Origin: a virus
Length of the DNA stretch: 64,000 nt
Direction: 5' to 3' (one strand)
Virus record (IMG/VR): IMGVR_UViG_3300037231_000119
Coordinates: 1 to 64,000 of that record
In this document: piece by piece, positions 1-9,700 of the stretch
Position numbering within the stretch: the stretch's first letter is position 1
Layout: each line of letters begins with the position of its first letter
Position numbers and translations under genes: made by a program
The notes under the pieces: model-generated
The model's database searches: none
Seen by the model: the letters and a program-made list of their open reading frames with translations, nothing else
Told to the model about the DNA's origin: nothing

Positions 1-628
1 GTTTTAGGTGATACGGATGGCAGAAAAGGCTAACGATATTTGTTCTTTTAAGAACTGTCTGTTTTAGGTGATACGGATGGCAGAAAAGAAATAATGAACT
101 CTTTCTAAGACTTCTAGCTTGTTTTAGGTGATACGGATGGCAGAAAAGATGTCTGAACCTATTAAGAAACCCCCAGTTATGTTTTAGGTGATACGGATGG
201 CAGAAAAGATGATCAATCTCATCGACTGGGTCACCTATAGGTTTTAGGTGATACGGATGGCAGAAAAGTTTGGTAGGGTGGTAGATGCAACCGTGGCCGT
301 GTTTTAGGTGATACGGATGGCAGAAAAGAAAATGGAGTCTACTAAGAGCGCCTTGGGATCGTTTTAGGTGATACGGATGGCAGAAAAGAAGAAACATCAA
401 ATTATGGGTTCGCAGCCCCCGTTTTAGGTGATACGGATGGCGGAAAAGAGCAACTTGTGGGCTGGATTGGTTGGCGTAGGGTTTTAGGTGATACGGATGG
501 CAGAAAAGTTTCCTGGATCAACTTCTTAGTCGCGCTTTGTGTTTTAGGTGATACGGATGGCAGAAAAGAGCCAGCCATTGTTGATAAATGCTCTCTAAAC
601 GTTTTAGGTGATACGGATGGCAGAAAAG
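1..628. CRISPR. CRISPR-like array: 11 repeats GTTTTAGGTGATACGGATGGCAGAAAAG (28 bp) with 10 unique 32-bp spacers; may continue left of the window
   Basis: Exact 60-bp periodicity (repeats at 1, 61, ... 601). The repeat at 421 has one A>G change. All spacers differ. No cas genes in the window. Confidence 0.93.
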
Positions 629-703
629 AGAATTGAATTGGATGAGAGCGGAAATGAAGTTGGTCATCAATGGATCGTTAAACAAGATTTGAAGTGGGAA
701 TAA
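617..703 (+). CDS. 28-aa micro-ORF starting inside the last repeat (MAEKRIELDESGNEVGHQWIVKQDLKWE)
   Basis: SD AGGTGAT and ATG lie in the repeat. TAA at 701-703 sits 5 nt before the next ATG (709). Confidence 0.4.
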   Translation: MAEKRIELDESGNEVGHQWIVKQDLKWE

Positions 704-708
704 GACAT

Positions 709-894
709 ATGGCACTCTTTGGACCCGACGAAAGATTCACCTGCATTAATTGCGAAGATCCATTCACGGATAAGAATGTTTTTACACATCTGGGCTGGAA
801 AGAGACGCGTATCAGCGGCATGTGCGAAAGGTGTTTCGATGCCTGGAGCTGGGCGTTTGAAGACGAAGAAGAAAGCTTTGGACTAGAGGAATGA
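709..894 (+). CDS. small Cys-containing hypothetical protein
   Basis: ATG at 709; two CxxC pairs; tightly packed with the next gene. Confidence 0.7.
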   Translation: MALFGPDERFTCINCEDPFTDKNVFTHLGWKETRISGMCERCFDAWSWAFEDEEESFGLEE

Positions 895-895
895 T

Positions 896-1096
896 ATGAG
901 TGACGTACGATTTTGTTGGCTTTGCGGGAATAAGCTTTGGGGTAACCATAAAGAACATCTCGTGGTGGATAATTATACGAGAACTCTCCATAAAGCATGC
1001 GCCAAGGATATTAAGAAAGAATTTGATTACAAAAGGGATAAGGACGGGACGTATCATTCTATGGAGTGGGTTACGTCTGGATGGGGTACGTTTTGA
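896..1096 (+). CDS. small zinc-finger-like hypothetical protein
   Basis: GAGGA SD; CxxC...HxxC. Confidence 0.7.
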   Translation: MSDVRFCWLCGNKLWGNHKEHLVVDNYTRTLHKACAKDIKKEFDYKRDKDGTYHSMEWVTSGWGTF

Positions 1097-1097
1097 T

Positions 1098-1322
1098 ATG
1101 ACACTATCAGATGTAGGAAATGTCCTGTGTGACATATATGGGCATGAGTGGGCCGCAAAGGAAGACTGCGTAAATCATAAGGTCACAATTTATATTCCAA
1201 TTGCCTTCGACATTTCAATTTCCGATAGGTTATATTTAGTTAAGGCTGCCGGAGTTCTATTTGAAGTTAAAACTATGAGCTTCTTTATGAAATTTATTTG
1301 GAGGCGGCGGGGTTGGTTTTGA
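1098..1322 (+). CDS. hypothetical protein
   Basis: ATG immediately after the previous stop; 3' part of ORF 900..1322. Confidence 0.6.
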   Translation: MTLSDVGNVLCDIYGHEWAAKEDCVNHKVTIYIPIAFDISISDRLYLVKAAGVLFEVKTMSFFMKFIWRRRGWF

Positions 1323-1325
1323 AAT

Positions 1326-1757
1326 TTAGCTTAAGTCTAGCGGCCAAAACATAATTTGGCCAATAAATTCGACGCTAATGTGGTAGATCCCCTTGGCTTG
1401 GGCTGATTCTTTCACGCTCGTTATTTTCGCTTTCGTAACACTCCATAACGTTTCAGAAGTTGAACGATCTTCTAAACGAAGACTTACATAGTTGCTGGCA
1501 GCAATGTCCTGGAACAGAGGGCGAAGATTGACGGCCTGAACACCTCCAGAATTTTTTGTGCGAACGATTGTAAAACTTCCCTTAACTGAATTCTGTCCAC
1601 CGCCCGCAATTTCTTGGGGATACGGGCTGTTTATACCGTAGATCGAATACTCGCCAGAATCTTGACTTATATTAACACTCTGAGTAACTGGATAGATTTT
1701 ATTGTTACAATATAAGCGTACGAGGGCACTAGACACTATAATCGATTGTTGAGCCAT
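1326..1757 (-). CDS. virion structural protein, tail-tube-like
   Basis: 143 aa, beta-rich, last gene of the baseplate operon. Confidence 0.55.
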   Translation of the reverse strand: MAQQSIIVSSALVRLYCNNKIYPVTQSVNISQDSGEYSIYGINSPYPQEIAGGGQNSVKGSFTIVRTKNSGGVQAVNLRPLFQDIAASNYVSLRLEDRSTSETLWSVTKAKITSVKESAQAKGIYHISVEFIGQIMFWPLDLS

Positions 1758-1767
1758 AAATTAAACC

Positions 1768-3705
1768 TCAGGGGCCATATACATAAGAAATTTCGTTAGC
1801 CCCTGGAGTGGGACTTTCCCAACCGCCTAAACCGATCGAATTTGGAAAAAGCACGGTGTATATAACTGTGACACCCGCTGCCGTAATCGTGTCAATCAAA
1901 TTCTGGGCATACACGCGACCGCTTGCCGTATCCGTTAAATATCCTTGATAGTAACTTCCATTGCTCGGTAAAGTAATTGGACTGTCCTGAATTACCAATA
2001 GCACTGAAGATCCGATAGGATGGTCCTGTTTGAGAAAATATGCGGGGCTGATAAGTAGTGTTCCACTACTGGGGGACGCGATGTATGGGATCGGACCTTC
2101 TTGATTTTCAGTTCCGTAACCAATGATGATATGCCCGGATGAATTTGGAAACCCGTCGCTACTAGCAACCGTAATTACGTGGCTCGTTTCGCCATTTACG
2201 TCTTCAGTTAGGGTAGTACTGGCGCCACCAACCACGAAACTTTGACTCGTGTCAAATATATAAGGCCCCAATGTTGTTGGTAAACTTGGTCCGGCATCTG
2301 CAACAGTAGAGGCCGTAACATTTGTCAAGGTAATTACGTTATCGCTTATAGTATATGTTAATAGAGGAATAGCGGCCATCAGCGCAACATAGGCCTCATT
2401 GGCAACGGTTGGTGCTGAATCACCGCTGCTAACATCAACCTCAACCCCAATAAAACCAGCAGGAGCCGGATCGGTATTCCCACCATCAACATTGAACCAA
2501 AAATAATACTGGAAACTTGGACCTTGATCATCTATTAAGTAGTACTCGCCAGCACCAGAAGCTGGCATGTCTACGGCCGCAGGAATAATGAATTGTGATA
2601 CTGGAGTTTCGGTTACTCCATGAAGATGCATTGATCCAATACGACTTCTCTTGATAACCTGGGTCGTAGCTGGCATAAAAATCTGTAGAATATTGGCTTC
2701 AGTTTGGTATACGGCGGCATAGTATTGCTTACTCAAAATAGTCTCTCGAGTAGGTGTATAGAAGAGAATGGCACTATCCGTACCTTGCACTACAATTCCA
2801 GTAGTTCCCGTAGGATTACTTATTTGAAAATACGCTATTCCTACAGCGCCTCCCTGAGAAGAAACGATAGGAAATGACCCTTCAAGATCCGAAGACGCAA
2901 AACCACCGCCAAAAATATTCACGTATTGAAGCGGCTCAACAACGCCAAGATCCGGATTTGCTCCACCAGTCCAAGTAAATCTGAGTAGGCCACCAGACTG
3001 ATTAGATATGGTCCATTGAGTTGAAAAGTTTCCACCCGCAGCAACTTGAGAAGGAAATAGGAAAACGTTTTGTGATCTGCCACCTAGGACTGTAACCGAT
3101 GAAGATGCCCCTATGGTATCTGAAACCAATTCGACATAGTTTCCATTACCGCTATTGTTTACTATCGCGCTTCCTGAAACTCCTAGATTGCTGAGTCCAA
3201 TTGAAATTGCGTTAGCGACCTCTTGAGCTGTGGCGGCAGCAATGCTTGTAAATTGAGCGGTAAAAAATGTGATAGTTTGAGTAGGAGTTCCGTCAAAATT
3301 AACTATGAGGGTGTCACCATCTTGCAGGGCATATGGCTCGATAGTTTGCGCGGAGGAATCGGCCTTAACGAATAGGTCTCCAAATACGGCGTCTAAAATA
3401 TTATTTATAAGATCTCTGACCTGTTTACGATTTTTGACTTGGATTCCAATTGTGCGAAAAATATCATCTGAAAGCCCAATTGTAGGGTCTCGAGTAATTC
3501 CGTAATTTGCCAGAAGCAGGTCCAAATAATTCCCTTGGGCGGTCACAACATACAAAGAATCGTTCACGGCCTGTACGGAATTGACCAGATACGCTGAGGG
3601 ATTAGAAAGTGCGCCAAGAACCGCGTTGACAACAGGTCCACGAATCGCGGGGTTTAAATATTGGCGTAAACGAACTGCTTCTTGTGCTGGTGTTGTTACG
3701 GCCAT
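1768..3705 (-). CDS. baseplate wedge/tail structural protein
   Basis: Follows the baseplate-J-like gene. N-terminal 'TAQGNYLDLLLANYGITR..LSDDIFR' is wedge-type; shares the DPAP module. Confidence 0.7.
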   Translation of the reverse strand: MAVTTPAQEAVRLRQYLNPAIRGPVVNAVLGALSNPSAYLVNSVQAVNDSLYVVTAQGNYLDLLLANYGITRDPTIGLSDDIFRTIGIQVKNRKQVRDLINNILDAVFGDLFVKADSSAQTIEPYALQDGDTLIVNFDGTPTQTITFFTAQFTSIAAATAQEVANAISIGLSNLGVSGSAIVNNSGNGNYVELVSDTIGASSSVTVLGGRSQNVFLFPSQVAAGGNFSTQWTISNQSGGLLRFTWTGGANPDLGVVEPLQYVNIFGGGFASSDLEGSFPIVSSQGGAVGIAYFQISNPTGTTGIVVQGTDSAILFYTPTRETILSKQYYAAVYQTEANILQIFMPATTQVIKRSRIGSMHLHGVTETPVSQFIIPAAVDMPASGAGEYYLIDDQGPSFQYYFWFNVDGGNTDPAPAGFIGVEVDVSSGDSAPTVANEAYVALMAAIPLLTYTISDNVITLTNVTASTVADAGPSLPTTLGPYIFDTSQSFVVGGASTTLTEDVNGETSHVITVASSDGFPNSSGHIIIGYGTENQEGPIPYIASPSSGTLLISPAYFLKQDHPIGSSVLLVIQDSPITLPSNGSYYQGYLTDTASGRVYAQNLIDTITAAGVTVIYTVLFPNSIGLGGWESPTPGANEISYVYGP

Positions 3706-3706
3706 C

Positions 3707-6700
3707 TTATGATCCTATCAAGGTAACAACTATGTTGGACTGTTGGTTAATTACGAAAGCTTTTTGCCCCGTAACCAGTTTAATTTCGTCGTTTGCTACA
3801 GTGTACGCTGGACTTGTCAGAACTACTGAAGTTACACCGGGAATCGCCCTTACAGTCTCAACGATGCTACTCAAATCTAGACTTTGTCCGAGAGGATTGC
3901 TCAAAATGAGAGCGTAAACCGAACTTTGAATCTGAGAAGTAATCTGTGCAAAACTTACGCCGATATTAGTCCTAATAGAAAGAGCAATACTGACAGGCAA
4001 CAATAATGGTTCGCGAATAAAAATGTTGGTCCCGGCCGCATTAACCCCACTGTACGTGATTGCGTCTCGTGGATCGCCGTAAATGACCCTATTGGCTTGT
4101 CCAATCAATCCGGTATCATAGTTGTAAGCGTCCGTTCCAGTCTTAATGGTAACTGGGAAATTCAATTTTCCGAGTGCTGTCATTCCCACGTCTGCAGACA
4201 AGTTGATCTTATCAAACTGTGCTGAGGTGTTAAACGCGATATTGTTGAAAGTCAAAGATCCCGGATCCATCGCCGCATAAAGAACTTGTTTATATCCAGT
4301 ATAGGCCGTTCCTTCTTGCACTGAGAATGACACAAAGTTTCCAGCAAGGTTTGTGTTGAATTGTGTCGAGATGGTTCCTGTAATTATCGCCGTAGTAGGA
4401 TTCAAGACTTGAACTATGGTGTAAACTCCAGCATTCCCAGCGCCAACTACTGTTCCATTGACAACCAGTTTATCACCAGGAACGGTTGCATCATATGGGA
4501 AGAACTGAATTTGTGGGCGGCTAACAGAGAGGGTTACCGAAGAAAGTCCACTTTGAGTCACGCTAGTGGGATTGATTACGGTTAGGAATGTCATCTGTCC
4601 CGATTGCGTGACGGTGAAACTGAATGCGGCAGGCATCGAGACATCAACTGGGCTATTGGTAGCTGCGGGAACGGTAGCCGTTACAGTTACGACATTGGTT
4701 TGAGCTACATATGAGGAAGTCATGGCGGTCAGATGACCGTTGATGGCCGTATATGTTTCAGAAGCAACGGTAACAGCAGAATCAGAAGAATTGATAGCCA
4801 CTTCTATTCCCGTAAACCCACCAGGAGCAGGGTCGGTATTAGAGCCACCAGCAACATTATACCAAATGTAGTACTTATTGGCATTTCCACCGTTGTAAAG
4901 TTCAAAATAATCAGCTACTCCTGAAGAAGAGAAAGTAATTCCAGAAGGAAACGTGAATTGAACAACTTGCTGTTGGGAAGGTCCTGATTCGGTTACTACA
5001 AAGCTTCCTTGATTGGCAGTTTCAAATCCAGATCCGAAAGTTACGACATCTCCCGGCAGTACAGATCCCAACAAAGGAGCTGTTCCAACGCCAGTCCAAA
5101 CCAAGGTTTCTATCCCTCCTGCAGCCTCAACATTAAACTGAGTGGATGAACCATAACTAAAGCCCGTAACCGGATTAGTAACGCAAGTAACCTCTTCTTC
5201 CACGGTATCACTAGATAAGGGGAATTCTAGTTCTTTTGGATTCTCGTACCAAACACTATTTTGGTTTTCCCTAATAACTCTAAATTCACCCTGATTGAGT
5301 GGAGAGAATGGGGCCGATATGATTAGTGTATCGCCTTCTGAAACTGACGTAGTCGCAGTAAATTCTCCAGCAGTAACGATCGTGCCTGTTTCTGTAACCG
5401 CATTCGGATTATCAACCGTAAAGGATAGTCCGTTTGGAGCAACAGCAGACACTATGAACGTGCCATCATTTCCAGAATTAGCCAATCCTGTAATTGTGAT
5501 TATATCTCCGGGGGTCAAAGCCGCAAAGTTTGCATTATTGGCAACATCGGGCCCAGTCACCGTATTTATGGTGGTTATTTGACTTAGGGTTACTGCCCCG
5601 TTCAGTGCAATCAGACTACCATTAACAATTCCGCCAAGAGTGTTTGTTATGGAAGTATTGGCGACAATATTTCCTTCAAATGTTCCTGCATTTCCGGCAT
5701 TGATGGTCGCCGAAGAGCCGATGATCCAGAAAATGTCTGCAGCGGTGGCGCCGCCCGTGAGCGTAATCGTAGGGGTTCCACCAGCGCCAGTAGTCAGGGT
5801 AGAGGCCGTATAGATAATATACTGACCGGCACCATTGAAAGTGAGTGTTGCGGGACCAGAAGTAGCCAATGTTGCCGCACCGCTAGAGAACTTATAGGCT
5901 CCTGGCGTAAGTGTCTGACCATCTAATGCAGATGGAATAACTGTTCCTGCCAAACCTTGCGTCTGCATACTGGTAAAAGTAGATGATGCCGAGGATTGAG
6001 CAGTTGCTGCCGCCGCATTTCCTAGATTTGTTGCTCCTGAGACCGTAAATGTGCCAGTAACAGTGGAACCGGGACTTTCTCCTAAGTTTCCATTGATAAC
6101 GCTCGTACCGACACTGTTTGTGATTGCCGAACCTGCCAGGATTCCGTATGTGGCTGCGGTTCCCAATGGACTTGGTGGAGGAGCCGATGTAGGGCTCACA
6201 GAATAGGTACCATTTGAAGATACGTCTACTACCCAGCTTCCAGCATCATTGAAGTTTACCGCAGAGCTGAAGTTGGGAGAAGTTCCTACTCCATTCCAGC
6301 TTAAGCACGTGAGGGAGCCCTGTTTTTCTATTCTGAAAGTATTGCCTTCAATATTTAGTCCGCCTCTTGGAGAGCCAAAGTATCTTTGTCCCAGATCTTG
6401 ATTTAATAGCGTTACGGTTGATTGTCCAGCAATAGGGGTATTGCTAAGAACGGTAACGCTAGTATTGGCGGCGATTCCCGTATTCTTATTCTGAAAATTC
6501 TGAGCTTGAAGTCTAAACCATTGGTCGCTAGCTACGGCCTGACTAGCGATCTTATTGGCGGAAACTACCATCTCGTTATTGCCGATCAATTCACCAGAAG
6601 TCAGAATTGGGACAACATATTCGTTTCCACTACCACCAACTACTTGAATTGACCCTACAGACCCTATCGTATTGGTTGCGAGTTGCAACTTAGTTCCGCG

Positions 6701-9700
6701 ATCAGAAGTTTCAACAGTGCCAACGGTAGTAAATCCTGTTACGGCCAATATATTCCAGAAATCTTTAACCTGATCCGTGGTAGTTGGGATCAACATTACT
6801 TGATCTCCGGGAGTAAAGAATGAATATCCTGGAGCACTTGAATAAGAAAGGGGTTCTTTGAAAGTGAACTGTGGACTTCCAGAAACATTGGAACTAAAGA
6901 TCCAATTTACGCCGTCTTTCAGGGAGTAATTTTGCGTCGTAAACGAACTATCTTCAAAAGTGCTATTAGAAATAATTCCCGATCCATCCCCATTAACTAT
7001 AGTAGAAGTGAGATATTGACTTAAGTTCGCATTGACGTAGGTATTGATCGCCGAAGCAGTAGTTGGCGTAGAAACATAGAAATTCATTCCAGTAGCCACG
7101 GTTGTAACTGCGCCAGATTGTGCAATAGCCGTTCCAGTAGGCACCTGAACACTGAAAGATGTCGTGGTGGGCGTATATCCTACACCCATAGAGATGCGGA
7201 AAGTTCCGGTATTACTTACATTGAATCCGGTGCTAGTAGAAATATTTACAAATGCTCCGGATCCAAGGCCGACTGGAAGATTTGGGTTTGTTCCGGTTCC
7301 ATTCCAAGTATAAGTTACTTGATCAATTCCAGCCGTGGGAGTGTTGGAAGTAACAGTAACATTCCACTGTGTATTGGCGGCAATATTGGTAACTAGAGGC
7401 AATCCCGATATCAAACTGATTGCAATATTTACGGAGCCGTTAGTAGTTACGACTGAACTAATTGGTTGATTGGCAGAAGATGGATAAACATACGAGACAT
7501 TTATCATCTCACCACTACGACCCCAAACAGCGGATCTATAGAGAAGAGACGTGTTAGAATTTGATCCGGACAATACGTATTTCGCTTGCAGGAGAGCCTT
7601 GTAATTTGCGAAGAAATCCGTAGGCGTAGAAAAATTTGCAGCAAAGTTGGCATTTGTTCCAGCAGCTACGTCATAGGCATTAAAACTATAGTTGTTAGAT
7701 GGATAGGTGCTGTTTATTAAGGCCGCTCTAAAAAGAGGCATCGTATACGTTTCACCTACCGTATTATTGTCAACTATGGCCACTACCGTATCATTGAAGC
7801 CAAAGTCCAGAGGATTGGCCACGAAATATCTATCGGCAACCCTCAAACGTCTCACATCTGGATATACGGGAAGGATAGTAACAACGTCTCCTGAGAGGGC
7901 AGACATTTGCACGTTTTCCAAAGTGGGTTGTTCGTCGTCTATGAGTCCAGCACCAGTCGTAATTAGAGTAGTACCGTCGACGATAGTGCTCGTAACCGTA
8001 AAAAGAAGACCGTTGGTACTGTAAACCGCACCAGCTGTAGCATTTGCGGAATTGACCGTGAAAGTATATTGGGAAGGTTGTACCGGAACAGTATATGCTG
8101 TAAAGGAAATGGTCGCGTCTCCCGTTCCATTCACCAGTGTAAGAACTCCTGCAGATGGTCCGGAAGCTGGAACCGTTATGGTAGTCGCGGCACTGAGAGT
8201 AACTGCCCCATTGAGGGCTATAAGTCTTCCATTGACCGTTCCGCCGATGGTGTCAGTGATCGATGTATTGGCTAAGATAGTTCCTTGGAAGGTACCAGCG
8301 GATCCAGAGTTAATGGTGGCCGAGGAACCTACCAACCAATAAACGTTGGTTGCGAGTGCTCCGCCAGTTAGTGTAATGGTCGGAGTACCACCAGCACCAG
8401 TAACTAAAGTGGATGCGGTCTTAATGACGAAGACATCGGTCGAAGAACCACTTAAAGTGAGGGTGCCTGGACCAGATGCAGCCAAGGAAGCGGCGCCCGT
8501 ACTGTAGTATCCAGCGGTCAAAGTCTGACCATCTAAAACAGCCGAGATGGTAGTGGAAGAATGGGCCGATAGGGTGGTGTATACAGAAAGTGCATCCGTC
8601 TGCGCAGACATGGCGGTCGAGTCGTCATTATGAATGGTTCCAGTCACTGTCCATCCACCAGGAGTAATAGAAGTTCCTGGAGCAATCCCCACATCTCCAG
8701 TAATAACGCTTGAACCCGTATTTGTGATGGCCGAACCGGCTAAAATGGCAAACGGAGCTGAAGCGGTAAGTAGGCTACCACCACCACCGCCTGAAATTAT
8801 AGGCGTAACTCCGTATGGGTTCAGAAATTGGATCATCTCATTTGGATCAAATTGAGATAGGGACTCTGAAGAGGTGAAGTTAGTCAAATAGGAATAGGGA
8901 GGTTCAGCGTAGTTATCTGCGCTAATGGTAGAATGAAAGAATAGGGGGAGTTCTGAAGTTAAAGCCTGAGTTTCATAGAACGCGATAAGGGCAGTTTGGC
9001 TTGCACTATTAACGCCGCCAACGAAACCAAGAAGGGCCCCTGAAGCATCGGCCGTAACTACTACTATTTGACCTTCCGTATTTAGGGTATTTGTTACAAC
9101 CGTTATATTCGTATTATCAAAAACTCCAAAAGTAAGTTCATCCGTTTGGGATTGAAGTTCGCTGGCTATAACATCTAAGGTGCTCGTCCCTGCAGTGACC
9201 GTGAATTTCTGTGGTACGTTGGCAGTTCTAACCACTACAAATCCCTGAACAAAAGTGGCGTTCGAGACTGGAGTAGCAAGAGCATATTCAGCAGCAGTGA
9301 TTTTTATGTCTAGAGTAGATCCGGATTGCGCATGAACTCTTCCTTCCAACTGATCGGTCGTCGGAACTTGAGGGGACCAAACTATGACATAATCGCCAGG
9401 AATTACATTTGAGAAGGCAGAAGAAACATTGGAGGTAAATCTAACGATATTTGGGGAAACTAGCGATACGGACAAAAGAGATCCGGACTGGATAGTAGGA
9501 ATAACGACAGCATCTGTATCAATGGCGATCCAAATATGGGCATCGGTAGCCAGAGTTGCACTTCCTGAAGGGACCGATCCAGAATCAATATTCGCTTGGG
9601 TAATAAGTGTACCGGCAGAAAGAGAATCGCCTTTTACTAGGGCGCTAACCAATTCAATCTGGGCGGTGTTTCTGTCCAGGGTATACTGAGAAGCGACACC

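Noticed and set aside
1-628. TIGR-type or box C/D guide array
   Set aside because: One 32-nt spacer per unit and no convincing box C/D pair
646-658. GAGCGGAAATGAA shared with ~21548-21560 as a possible self-target
   Set aside because: Only 13 bp and outside a bounded spacer
659-686. Possible degenerate terminal repeat
   Set aside because: Needs gaps and many mismatches, and lies within the 28-aa ORF
518-1135. Minus-strand ORFs 518..715, 678..998, 812..1135
   Set aside because: They overlap the array or better-supported plus-strand genes
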